Below, piece after piece: positions 55,079 to 64,000 of a stretch of DNA of 64,000 nt. This DNA comes from Nitrospirota bacterium (GTDB lineage: Bacteria > Nitrospirota > UBA9217): assembly GCA_035623825.1 (NCBI GenBank), contig DASPSR010000007.1:192001-256000 (forward strand), read 5' to 3'. How positions within the stretch are numbered: position 1 is the stretch's first letter; each line of letters opens with the position of its first letter. The notes below the pieces were generated by a model. The model made no database searches. It saw nothing but the letters and a program-made list of their open reading frames with translations, and was not told the origin of the DNA. The translations under genes were made by a program, and so were the position numbers.

Positions 55079-55187
55079 GGAATTTCTCTTAAGGAGAGAA
55101 AGGCATTTTTCGGTTATGTCGTTGAACTGCCGTCGCATGCCGTTACTGCGGAGTTCGACGAGTGATTGTTGTTCCTGAGGTGTTCTT

Positions 55188-55634
55188 ATGCCACATTTCG
55201 GATTAATGGACGAAAAAGCTCTGGGCTCGGTAAAGGGCCCGTTCCAGCGGGCGCGGCTTCATATGCGCAGCGGGAAGCGAAGGCTCCGGGAGGGAAAGAT
55301 ATCCGCAGGAATCGTAACGCTCTATGACGCGCTGCTCGGTGCAATGGAGTCGTATGTCAATTCGCCTGAAAACCGGCGGCACATCGTAATCACAGCGGGT
55401 GACGACCTGAGAAGCGATAAGACCCTTTATGCCGTCCTGGTCCGTTCTGGCATACTTGACGGTGCCTTCGATTTCGAGGCGTTCAGCAGGCTGACGGAAA
55501 CAGCGCTCGAGGAGGAAATGCCCTCCTATGATTACCACGATGTCCTGAATGGTATTGAGCAGATTATGGCCCAGTTGGGGGTCATGCCGTTTGATGAATC
55601 AAAACTCCCGCCCGAAGACCCGTCCACATTCTGA
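55188..55634 (+). CDS. Hypothetical protein
   Basis: GAGGTG RBS, coding-like composition; MPHFGLM...RARLH.R.GKRRLREGKISAGIVTLYDAL...PFDESKLPPEDPSTF; no function assignable. Confidence 0.7.
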   Translation: MPHFGLMDEKALGSVKGPFQRARLHMRSGKRRLREGKISAGIVTLYDALLGAMESYVNSPENRRHIVITAGDDLRSDKTLYAVLVRSGILDGAFDFEAFSRLTETALEEEMPSYDYHDVLNGIEQIMAQLGVMPFDESKLPPEDPSTF

Positions 55635-55837
55635 CTGACATCCCGACACCGGGGCGCCGCGACGAAATATTGGCCCTAGAATTTGCCTGCCGATGGTCAG
55701 GTAGTCAGAGGATGGATAACGATCATGCGACACCGACGGGTTTTGGTACCGTTCAGCATCAATAGAAGACAGCAAGAATCGGGTTGCCCCTGTTTTCATG
55801 CAGTGCTATGATTGCTGATACGGGAAGCGAAGGCACA

Positions 55838-56728
55838 ATGAGGATGCTGACATCAGCGAAAGATTATAAGCGTATCGAGAAGGCTATTCTTTTTTTGGAA
55901 AAGAATATTCGCCTGCAGCCCGGTCTGAAGGAGCTCTCCAGGATAATGAATCTGAGCGAATACCATTTTCAGCGTCTTTTCAGGCGCTGGGCGGGCATCA
56001 GTCCTAAGCGCTTTTTGCAGGTTTTGACTATCGAACACGCTAAAAGGGTCATGAAGAATTCCGGCAGTCTGCTCGATGTCTCGTATGAAACCGGTCTGTC
56101 CGGTACGGGCCGTCTTCATGACCTATTTGTGAGCGTTGAAGCAATGACCCCGGATGAATTCAGAAAACAAGGCAGGCAATTGCGGATTCGCTACGGATTT
56201 CACCCAAGCCCGTTCGGAGAATGTCTCGTGGCCGTTACCAGCAAAGGAATCTGCAATCTTGCTTTTGTGCCGCAGAGCGGAAGAACCGAGGCTGTGAGCG
56301 AATTGAGGAGGCAGTGGAAAAACGCCGAAATTATTGAGGATGCATCTGTCGCCGGACCATATGTGGATACGATATTCGGTGCGTCTGCATCGAACACGGC
56401 ACTGCCGTTAATCATCAAGGGAACGAATTTTCAGGTCAAGGTTTGGCAGGCACTCCTGAAGATCCCAGCCGGGAAGATCGCTTCTTACGAAGACATCGCC
56501 CGCCAGATTGAGAGGCCGAAGGCTGTCCGCGCCGTTGCGAATGCCGTGGCGCACAACCCGATAGCGTTTCTGATTCCCTGCCACCGTATTATCCGGAAAA
56601 CCGGCGCGGTTGGAGGATACCGCTGGGGCAGCGCACGGAAGAAAGCAATGCTCATCTGGGAGGCAGGAAGAATGGCAGAATTTGAAAACAGGGGTAAAGA
56701 GAAAGAGGATAACCCTGGCACACCGTAA
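55838..56728 (+). CDS. AraC-HTH / methylated-DNA-protein-cysteine methyltransferase fusion (Ada-like, no N-terminal Zn domain)
   Basis: LSEYHFQRLFRRWAGISPKRF, GRLHDLFV, GTNFQVKVWQAL, IPCHRII, GGYRWG. Confidence 0.92.
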   Translation: MRMLTSAKDYKRIEKAILFLEKNIRLQPGLKELSRIMNLSEYHFQRLFRRWAGISPKRFLQVLTIEHAKRVMKNSGSLLDVSYETGLSGTGRLHDLFVSVEAMTPDEFRKQGRQLRIRYGFHPSPFGECLVAVTSKGICNLAFVPQSGRTEAVSELRRQWKNAEIIEDASVAGPYVDTIFGASASNTALPLIIKGTNFQVKVWQALLKIPAGKIASYEDIARQIERPKAVRAVANAVAHNPIAFLIPCHRIIRKTGAVGGYRWGSARKKAMLIWEAGRMAEFENRGKEKEDNPGTP

Positions 56729-56830
56729 GGGCCGGAGGTGGATTCCTCTCAGCACTGCATTCGGGTCTCAAGTTATAAAGGTGGCACTTTTGCTGTCTGC
56801 TGAATGCCCTTTGTGTTGCATGGAGGCAAG

Positions 56831-58789
56831 ATGAACAGACTTGCAAACGAAAAATCCGCATACCTCCGACACGCCGCGCACCAGAAGATCGATTGGCATC
56901 CATGGTCCGAAGAGGCGTTCGAACGGGCACGCAGCGAGGACAAGCCGCTGTTCCTCAGCACGGGCGCAGTATGGTGCCACTGGTGCCATGTGATGGCTCA
57001 GGAAAGCTTTGAGGACGATGAGACGGCGCGGTTGCTGAACGAGCTGTTTATCAACATTAAACTCGACCGTGATGAGCGGCCTGACATCGACCGGCGGTAC
57101 CAGCAGGCAGTGGCGGCCATGGGAGCTGGTAGCGGATGGCCGCTCTCCGTCTTCCTGACGCCCGAAAAAAAGCCTTTCTTCGGGGGCACCTATTTTCCGC
57201 TGCAGGACATGCAGGGCAGGCCGGGATTTAAGAATGTGCTCAGGGCGGTGAGTAATTTCTATAAAACCAAGCGATTGAATGCTGTGAAGTACTCTGACCA
57301 GGTTATGGATACGCTGAAGCCCGATGCCCTGCTTCCCAACGGTCTCAGCAGGGGTGCTCTGGACATAGCGACTCATGGCATCGTCTCAGATTTTGACCCT
57401 CGTCATGGCGGCTTCGGAACAGCGCCAAAGTTTCCCATGCCGGGGGCCTTGGAATTCCTGCTCCGGCGGTCCTTTGCGGGCCAGGACCCGTCCATTCGGC
57501 GTGTCTGCCAAGCGACTCTTGATGCCATGGCGCTGGGCGGGTTTCATGACCAGATTGGCGGGGGGTTCCATCGGTATTCCGTCGATGAGGCATGGATCGT
57601 TCCACACTTCGAAAAGATGGCCGACGACAATGCCTGGCTCCTCAGAAATTATATCGACGGATATGCCATCTTCGGCGACGAACGATATAAGAACGTAGCA
57701 CTGGGAATCATCGATTTCACGAGGGGCGTGCTGTCCGATCCCAAAGGCGGATTCTACGCCAGCCAGGATGCAGATGTGACGCCTGATGACGAGGGCGGAT
57801 ACTTCACTTGGACAGATGATGATTTCAAAAAAATTCTGACCGATGAGGAATACACAGTGCTCACCCCGCATCTTTTCCACGAACGTGGTCACCTGCACCA
57901 TGATCCATCGAAGTCAGTTCTCGCCGTTGCCGAAGAAGCAGAAACGATCGCACAAAAGCTTGGAAAGCCCGTTGCCGAGGTGCTCGAAATCATAAGACGA
58001 GGCAAGATGAAGCTTCTTCGCGAGAGAAACCATCGGGAGACGCCGTTTATCGACCGGACGCTGTACACCTCGCTGAACGGCATGCTCATTACCTCTTATC
58101 TTCGGGCGTTCCGTGTCCTGGGAGACACCTCGCTCAAATATTTTGCGCTCTTGAGCCTGAGCCGGATTCTTCGAGAGCGCCGCAGCGGAAACATTCTCTA
58201 CCACTCGGAAAGCGTCCCCGCTGTGCTCGATGACTTCATTTATCTCGTCGCCGCCCTCATAGCCGCCTATGAGGGAACCGGAGCACGGAACCACCTTGAT
58301 TATGCCGATGCGTTCATGGCGGAGTGTGTGGAGAAGTTCGGTGATAGCGAAGGAGGTTTTTTTGATACCGAGGGAGAAGTGCTTGGAACTCGTCTCAAAC
58401 GTGTGGAGGACATTCCTCACCCCTCGGCAAACGCCGTTGCCATCATGATGCTTTTGAAGCTTTTTTCGCTGACTGGAAAGGAGTTGTACCGCGCTGCAGC
58501 GGAGAAAGCGCTCAGTGTTTTTTCCCGGACTGCTGGAGAAATGGGGGTCCACGCAGGCGCTTACTTCTGTGCCCTTGATGAATATTATAACACGCTGAAG
58601 GTTACGGTGGAGGCTGATCCCGAAAGCGTCCTCAGCCGGGCAGCTCTGGCACTGAGCGGCCCATATTCCACAATCGTGTTCGGCGAGAACAATGGTCGTG
58701 TGATTCCGTGCGTCAATGAAACCTGCTTTGACCCAATAACGGATGCGACAATGCTCAAAGATTTCTTTCGACAGCTTCCAATACGATGA
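56831..58789 (+). CDS. Thioredoxin-domain protein, YyaL/SSP411 (DUF255) family
   Basis: MNRLANEKS.YL.HA, WCHWCHVM..ESF, DR.ERPDID, GWPLSVFLTP, APKFP, GGGFHRYSVD, PHFEKM; GGAGG RBS. Confidence 0.93.
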   Translation: MNRLANEKSAYLRHAAHQKIDWHPWSEEAFERARSEDKPLFLSTGAVWCHWCHVMAQESFEDDETARLLNELFINIKLDRDERPDIDRRYQQAVAAMGAGSGWPLSVFLTPEKKPFFGGTYFPLQDMQGRPGFKNVLRAVSNFYKTKRLNAVKYSDQVMDTLKPDALLPNGLSRGALDIATHGIVSDFDPRHGGFGTAPKFPMPGALEFLLRRSFAGQDPSIRRVCQATLDAMALGGFHDQIGGGFHRYSVDEAWIVPHFEKMADDNAWLLRNYIDGYAIFGDERYKNVALGIIDFTRGVLSDPKGGFYASQDADVTPDDEGGYFTWTDDDFKKILTDEEYTVLTPHLFHERGHLHHDPSKSVLAVAEEAETIAQKLGKPVAEVLEIIRRGKMKLLRERNHRETPFIDRTLYTSLNGMLITSYLRAFRVLGDTSLKYFALLSLSRILRERRSGNILYHSESVPAVLDDFIYLVAALIAAYEGTGARNHLDYADAFMAECVEKFGDSEGGFFDTEGEVLGTRLKRVEDIPHPSANAVAIMMLLKLFSLTGKELYRAAAEKALSVFSRTAGEMGVHAGAYFCALDEYYNTLKVTVEADPESVLSRAALALSGPYSTIVFGENNGRVIPCVNETCFDPITDATMLKDFFRQLPIR

Positions 58790-58847
58790 TGAATATAGAA
58801 CGCTTGCTCGAGTTCCTGCATCTTTCCCCCCAGAAAGCAACTGCCCC

Positions 58848-58876
58848 TTGACCTATCCGATGCATGGTAGTAAGAT
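58848..58876 (+). promoter_or_regulatory. sigma70 promoter of the histidine kinase gene
   Basis: TTGACC-N17-TAAGAT. Confidence 0.55.
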
Positions 58877-58960
58877 TATGCATATCCCGTTTTCTCATAC
58901 AAAAGGATTCACGGTAAATCTCCTCCTGCGTCTGCTGCAGCTCCACTGAAGGGGGGAAGC

Positions 58961-60898
58961 ATGACGAAACAGACAGTCGTCCCTTCGTATTTTTTATATC
59001 TCCTCTCTGGTGCTGCGGTTCTGATCGGCCTCACCATCATCAGCATCCACAGCGCTGTCCTCACGCATATCCTAGTGGAAATTTTCAGCATCATCATAGC
59101 CTGCAGCATCTTTCTTGTCGCCTGGAACACACGAAGATTCATCACCAATAACTACATCCTATTCATCGGTATCTGCTTCTTGTTCGTGAGCTTCTTTGAC
59201 CTGCTGCATACGCTGGCCTATAAGGGGATGAGTGTATTCCCCGGGTTCGACCCCAACCTTTCTGCCCAGCTCTGGATTACGGCACGCTATACGGGAAGCA
59301 TCTCGCTCCTCATCGCACCTGTGGTCATGGACTGGAAACCGAGGCCGTTGCTCCTCTTCTGGCTCGCCACAGTCGCAACAGCCCTGCTGCTGGCGACGAT
59401 CTTCATCTGGAGGATCTTTCCCGTATGTTATATTGAGGGTTTGGGGCTCACGAATTTCAATATTGGAAGCGAATATGCCATTATAGCGTTATTCACCGCT
59501 GCTCTTGCACTTCTAATCTGGAGGAGAACCGACTTCGATGGGAGCATTTTCCTTTTGTTGTCCGGCTCGATTCTTCTGCGGGTGGCATCCGAGATCACGT
59601 TCATCCCGTATATAGCTGAGTCCGATGAGCCCAACATAGTTGGCAATTTCTTCAGGATCGCCGCATACTATCTGTTTTATAAGGCCCTTGTCGAATCCGC
59701 GCTTGTCAGGCCTTACGACCTCCTCTTCAGGAACCTGAAGATAAGAGAGGTATCGCTCCGCGAGGAGCGGGACCGGGCACAGCACTATCTTGATGTGGCC
59801 AAGACGCTCCTCGTGATAATCAACGCGGACCAGCGGGTAAGCCTGATCAACAGGAAAGGCTGTGATATTCTGGGATACCCCGAGAACGAGATCATAGGCA
59901 AGAACTGGTTCGACTTTTTTGTGCCTGCAAGAATGCGCGACGAGGTGAAAGCGGTATTCAATAAGCTGATGGCTGGAGAGATTCAGCCCGTGGAGCACTT
60001 TGAGAACCCTGTAATATCACGGCAGGGAGAGGAACGGCTCATTGCGTGGCACAATGCAGTATTGGAGAGCGATGAGGGGCAGATCATAGCTACCTTGAGT
60101 TCGGGCGAAGACGTCACCGAGCGCAAACAGGCAGAGGAACAACTCATACAGAAGACAGCTGAACTGGAACGCTCCAATGCCGAGCTTGAACAGTTTGCGG
60201 CCATCGTTTCGCACGACCTCAAGGAACCCCTTGTTTCCATGGGGGGGTTTGCCCAGATCTTGCGGGAAAAGTATAAAGATAATCTGGATGACAAAGCGCA
60301 AGTCTTGCTCTCACATATCATCAATGGATCCTTCCGCATGGAGCGTCTGATAAGGGATCTTCTTGCTTACGCGAAGGTTAACGCCTCCGAGAAATCTTTC
60401 ATTCCCCTGTCGTGCAACGCCATCTTGGGCGTCGTGCTCTCTAACCTTGGAAGGGCCATTGAGGAGAGCGGCGCGGTCATCACGGTTGATGATCTCCCGA
60501 CCGTGACAGGCGAGGAAATGCAGTTAATTCAACTGTTTCAGAACCTTATCAGTAATGCCATCAAGTATAGGAGCGACCAGACGCCGCACGTCCATGTCTC
60601 TGCCCGTTCTCTCAGGATTGATGGAATGAAAGCCGGAGATTCGATTCCTCTGTCGACACCACACGACTCTGACATTGGTGCCGGCTGGTTGTTTTCCGTA
60701 TCAGACAACGGTATCGGCATCGATCCCGCCCATTCCGAGCGGATATTCCAGATATTCTATCGCTTGCATAACAACCGATATCCCGGTTCCGGCATCGGCC
60801 TTGCCGTATGCAAAAAGATCGTGGAACGGCACGGAGGGCGCATCTGGGTCGAGTCAGAGCCCGGCAAGGGGTCCACATTTTATTTTACAGTTCCCTGA
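58961..60898 (+). CDS. MASE3-PAS sensor histidine kinase
   Basis: MASE3 (H..VEIFSI, DLLHTLAYKGM, QLWITARY), PAS (IGKNWFD), H-box SHDLKEPL, N-box NLISNAIKY, DNGIGI, GSGIGLA, GSTFYF. Confidence 0.92.
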   Translation: MTKQTVVPSYFLYLLSGAAVLIGLTIISIHSAVLTHILVEIFSIIIACSIFLVAWNTRRFITNNYILFIGICFLFVSFFDLLHTLAYKGMSVFPGFDPNLSAQLWITARYTGSISLLIAPVVMDWKPRPLLLFWLATVATALLLATIFIWRIFPVCYIEGLGLTNFNIGSEYAIIALFTAALALLIWRRTDFDGSIFLLLSGSILLRVASEITFIPYIAESDEPNIVGNFFRIAAYYLFYKALVESALVRPYDLLFRNLKIREVSLREERDRAQHYLDVAKTLLVIINADQRVSLINRKGCDILGYPENEIIGKNWFDFFVPARMRDEVKAVFNKLMAGEIQPVEHFENPVISRQGEERLIAWHNAVLESDEGQIIATLSSGEDVTERKQAEEQLIQKTAELERSNAELEQFAAIVSHDLKEPLVSMGGFAQILREKYKDNLDDKAQVLLSHIINGSFRMERLIRDLLAYAKVNASEKSFIPLSCNAILGVVLSNLGRAIEESGAVITVDDLPTVTGEEMQLIQLFQNLISNAIKYRSDQTPHVHVSARSLRIDGMKAGDSIPLSTPHDSDIGAGWLFSVSDNGIGIDPAHSERIFQIFYRLHNNRYPGSGIGLAVCKKIVERHGGRIWVESEPGKGSTFYFTVP

Positions 60899-60987
60899 GC
60901 TAGTTGCTTGGCTAAGCTCCTCCGATCGCAGTCTGCTTGACACCGGAAGCAAACCTGCTATCCTTAAGTTGCAAATCAGGAAATGAT

Positions 60988-62508
60988 ATGAATCCACTTA
61001 TACTGCCGCAGGATGAGAATAATGCAACTCTCGTGAAGAATGTCCATCCTCCGGACTGGATGAATCCCGCCCCGGCCCCGCGTTACAACCTCGTGGTGAT
61101 CGGCGCAGGGACTGCGGGTTTGGTCGCGGCCGCTGGGGCCGCTGGACTTGGTGCAAAGGTCGCACTTGTCGAACGCCATCTGCTGGGGGGCGACTGCCTG
61201 AACGTGGGATGCGTTCCGTCCAAGGGGATCATCAGAGCGAGCCGCGCCGCCTATGATGCCAGAATGGCAGAGCAGTTCGGGGTTCAGATCGGAAAGGAGA
61301 TATTCGTCGATTTCGGCAAGGCCATGGAGAGGATGCGGCAGATCAGGGCCGCGATCAGCTTCCATGATTCCGTGGAGCGATTCAGCGGGGGGCTCGGTAT
61401 TGACGTATTTCTGGGCCAGGGGAAGTTCACCGGTCCCGACAGCGTTGAAGTTGACGGAAAACGCCTGCGATTCAAGAAGGCTGCGATTTGTACTGGCGCG
61501 CGGGCATCGTCCCCTTCCATTCCAGGAATCGAGGAGACGGGCTATCTCACCAACGAGAACGTTTTCTGGCTCACAGAGCTTCCTCGCAGGCTCGCAGTCA
61601 TCGGTGGCGGGCCCGCCGGGTGTGAACTAGCGCAGACCTTTGCCCGGCTGGGGAGCGAGGTCACCATCATCGAATTTCATCCGCGCTTGCTGGCTCGGGA
61701 AGACGATGATGCAGCAGAGATTGTTCGAAAGTCCCTTCTTCGTGACGGGGTGAAGCTGGCATTGAATGCAGTGATCATGAAGGCAGAAAAGCGCGGTCCC
61801 GACAAGGTTATCACTACGGTGCAGCAGGGGAATACCATTGCAATAGCAGCCGATGAAATTCTAGTCAGCATCGGCCGTACGCCAAACGTGGACGGGTTGA
61901 ATCTCGAAGCTGCGAGAGTTCAGTATGATCCGCGCCTCGGCGTAAATGTGAATGCGCTCCTGCAGACCTCGAATCCCCGCGTCTATGCGGCAGGCGATAT
62001 CTGCTTTCCGTACAAGTTCACCCATACAGCCGATGCGCTAGCCCGTGTCATGATCGGCAATGCCCTATTTATGAGGAAACAGCAGACCTCCGCACTCGTC
62101 ATCCCCTGGTGTACCTATACGGATCCCGAAGTCGCCCATGTGGGACTGAACGCAAAAGAGGCAAAGGATAAAGGCATCGACTCGCTCACCCTGACAGTCC
62201 AGCTCTCTGACGTGGACCGTGCGCTCTTGGACGGCGAGACCGAGGGTTTCGCGCGCGTCCACCTGAAAAAAGGGAGTGACCGAATGCTTGGCGCCACCAT
62301 CGTTGCCCGCCATGCGGGCGAGATGATCAACGAATTCTCGCTCGCCATCACTGCCGGTCTGGGACTTTCCGCGATCGGGAAAACGATCCATCCCTATCCC
62401 ACCCAGGCCGAGGCGATCAAGAAAGTGGCCGACGCATATAACAGGACACGACTCACGTCCCTGGTGAAGAATATCCTGACCGCATGGCTAAAATGGCAGA
62501 GGTCCTAA
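60988..62508 (+). CDS. Pyridine nucleotide-disulfide oxidoreductase (MerA/LpdA-like)
   Basis: VIGAGTAG, GGDCLNVGCVPSK redox disulfide, GGGPAGCE, YAAGD, HPYPTQAE; no C-terminal CC pair. Confidence 0.9.
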   Translation: MNPLILPQDENNATLVKNVHPPDWMNPAPAPRYNLVVIGAGTAGLVAAAGAAGLGAKVALVERHLLGGDCLNVGCVPSKGIIRASRAAYDARMAEQFGVQIGKEIFVDFGKAMERMRQIRAAISFHDSVERFSGGLGIDVFLGQGKFTGPDSVEVDGKRLRFKKAAICTGARASSPSIPGIEETGYLTNENVFWLTELPRRLAVIGGGPAGCELAQTFARLGSEVTIIEFHPRLLAREDDDAAEIVRKSLLRDGVKLALNAVIMKAEKRGPDKVITTVQQGNTIAIAADEILVSIGRTPNVDGLNLEAARVQYDPRLGVNVNALLQTSNPRVYAAGDICFPYKFTHTADALARVMIGNALFMRKQQTSALVIPWCTYTDPEVAHVGLNAKEAKDKGIDSLTLTVQLSDVDRALLDGETEGFARVHLKKGSDRMLGATIVARHAGEMINEFSLAITAGLGLSAIGKTIHPYPTQAEAIKKVADAYNRTRLTSLVKNILTAWLKWQRS

Positions 62509-62519
62509 GAAAGGTCATC

Positions 62520-63191
62520 ATGAGCAGGAATAAAATCACAATCCTCATATCCATTGCGCTCCTGGTTGCGCTTTTCTTCTCCCTTGGCCTCGGGAGATAC
62601 CTGACCCTTACGTCGTTAAAAGCTAACCGTGCAGCGCTTGTCGAGTTATACGCAAACCATCGGTTTGTCACGGCATCGGCTTTTATTGCGGTCTATATCG
62701 TGCAGACAGTTCTCTCTCTGCCCGGTGCCGGCATACTCTCGCTCGCGGCTGGAGCAGTATTCGGTGTTGTGAGGGGAGCCCTGTATGTTTGTATCGGCGC
62801 GACCACGGGAGCCACCTTGGCGTTCCTGATCTCGCGATATCTGTTTCGTGATGCGATCCAGAAAAAGTTCAGTTCACGGCTGGAGACGATGAACCGGGAG
62901 CTCGAACACTCCGGTTTCAACTATCTTCTTTTTCTCCGGCTCGTGCCAATTTTCCCGTTCTTTCTGATCAATCTTGCAGCGGGACTGACGAAAATCCCGC
63001 TGCGTACGTTTTTCCTCGGGACCATAATCGGCATGATACCGGGCAACTTTGTTTTCTGCAACGCCGGAGCCAGTCTCGCCACGATTACGAAAATGAACGA
63101 CATAGCGTCTCCGCGAGTCCTCGGATCATTCGCCCTGCTGGGATTGTTCGCCCTTGTACCGGTGGCGTATAGGAAATTTGTCCGGAAGTAA
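62520..63191 (+). CDS. TVP38/TMEM64 (DedA superfamily) membrane protein
   Basis: SLPGA.ILSL.AGAVFG, GAT.AFLISRY, FLRLVPIFPFFLIN, GMIPG. Confidence 0.92.
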   Translation: MSRNKITILISIALLVALFFSLGLGRYLTLTSLKANRAALVELYANHRFVTASAFIAVYIVQTVLSLPGAGILSLAAGAVFGVVRGALYVCIGATTGATLAFLISRYLFRDAIQKKFSSRLETMNRELEHSGFNYLLFLRLVPIFPFFLINLAAGLTKIPLRTFFLGTIIGMIPGNFVFCNAGASLATITKMNDIASPRVLGSFALLGLFALVPVAYRKFVRK

Positions 63192-63274
63192 GAGCGGAAC
63201 AAATCGATGTGCATCGGCAAAGGACGCCGGAAGGTGCTAAAATCTGAGTAAGAGAACTGGAGGCGAGGTATCGA

Positions 63275-63736
63275 ATGATTATCGCGATCGGCGCTGACCA
63301 TGGAGGATTTCTTCTCAAGCAGCAGCTTGTGGGATTGCTTACAGAGATGGGGCACATCGTGAACGACCAGGGGACCTTTAGTGAAGAGGCCGTTGATTAT
63401 CCCGATTATGCCCGGGCCGTTGCCCGTTACATACTCGAAAAAAAGGCCGAGCGGGGAATCCTGATCTGCGGCAGCGGAGTCGGGGCAGGCGTCGCCGCGA
63501 ATAAGTTCCCGGGCATCCGCGCGGCCGTCTGCCACGATACCTTCTCTGCGCACCAGGGCGTCGAGGACGATGATATGAATGTTCTCTGTCTCGGCGCGCG
63601 CGTCGTGGGGCCCGAGCTCGCAAAAGAGATCGTCCGTACGTTTTTAACCGCTGCCTTCTCGGGCGCCGAACGGCATTTGCGGCGTCTGAGAAAGATATCG
63701 GAGATCGAGAAAGAGCATGTGACAAGAAAGGAATAA
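63275..63736 (+). CDS. rpiB: Ribose-5-phosphate isomerase B
   Basis: IGADHGG, VDYPD, GILICGSGVG, ANKFPGIRAA, NVLCLGARVVG, RHLRR. Confidence 0.96.
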   Translation: MIIAIGADHGGFLLKQQLVGLLTEMGHIVNDQGTFSEEAVDYPDYARAVARYILEKKAERGILICGSGVGAGVAANKFPGIRAAVCHDTFSAHQGVEDDDMNVLCLGARVVGPELAKEIVRTFLTAAFSGAERHLRRLRKISEIEKEHVTRKE

Positions 63737-63836
63737 CAATAGCGTCAACAGGAGTTACAGGATATACTGGATCGGGAAGATAACCATATGAATTTAATGC
63801 CCCAATCAAGCTGTAACGGAGATGAATGAGGTTACC

Positions 63837-64000
63837 ATGAAAATCGGCTATATCGGCTTGGGTAAGATGGGTTTCAATATGGTAGAGCTTCTCCTGGAGC
63901 GGGGGTACCAGGTAGCGGCGTATGACAGTAGTGTGGAGCCCGTTCAAAATATCGCAAAGCGAGGTGCAATACCTGCGGACTCGGTCCGTGCTCTCGTCAC
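63837..64000 (+). CDS. gnd: 6-phosphogluconate dehydrogenase (3' truncated by window edge)
   Basis: Hand translation MKIGYIGLGKMGFNMVELLLERGYQVAAYD...; GAGG RBS; follows rpiB (pentose phosphate context). Confidence 0.75.
   Translation, partial: MKIGYIGLGKMGFNMVELLLERGYQVAAYDSSVEPVQNIAKRGAIPADSVRALV

Noticed and set aside
60988-62508. True mercuric reductase MerA
   Set aside because: Lacks the C-terminal vicinal Cys pair and any mer operon context.
1-64000. CRISPR array, IS element, prophage or rRNA
   Set aside because: No regularly spaced repeats, transposase/integrase/phage motifs or rRNA-like sequence seen; the K/E/P-rich linkers and TolB PD40 repeats are protein-level features.

Overview
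A gene-dense chromosomal window of about 55% GC (estimated by eye) from an anaerobic diderm bacterium; the gene content suggests Nitrospirota or Desulfobacterota (inference). I found no prophage, IS element or CRISPR array. It holds housekeeping and envelope genes (lspA-lgt-rluD, rlmN, dtd, tRNA-Leu(CAG)-bamD, tsaD, DAHP synthase, glgC, pilMNOPQ, dnaJ-hspR-clpB, trxB, tandem moeA, tolQRAB, rpiB, gnd) and many near-consensus sigma70 promoters. Two loci stand out. (1) 25871-33221 is an apparent operon joining an intact Ni-CO dehydrogenase (CooS) to a HydABC/NuoEFG-like flavin/Fe-S module with electron-bifurcation signatures. The module also has a standalone duplicate of the HydB C-terminal Fe-S arm and a NuoG/FdhA-like subunit lacking the Mo/W ligand. 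This is a candidate electron-bifurcating CO dehydrogenase. (2) 5156-8608 is a lipoprotein hydrolase / DUF3015 / DUF4105 (Lnb-like Cys-His domain plus beta-barrel) trio. Here the small secreted DUF3015 gene has its own strong promoter, and a perfect terminator is hidden in the signal-peptide codons of the next gene, which suggests an abundant substrate and a low-copy outer-membrane processing enzyme. Smaller items are a 58-aa Cys-rich ORF missed by the ORF track, an orphan antitoxin-like gene behind a multi-hairpin leader, an OmpA remnant, a perfect CRP/Vfr-type palindrome upstream of the pil operon, and a tol operon without pal. Family calls come from motif recognition by eye; no searches were run.
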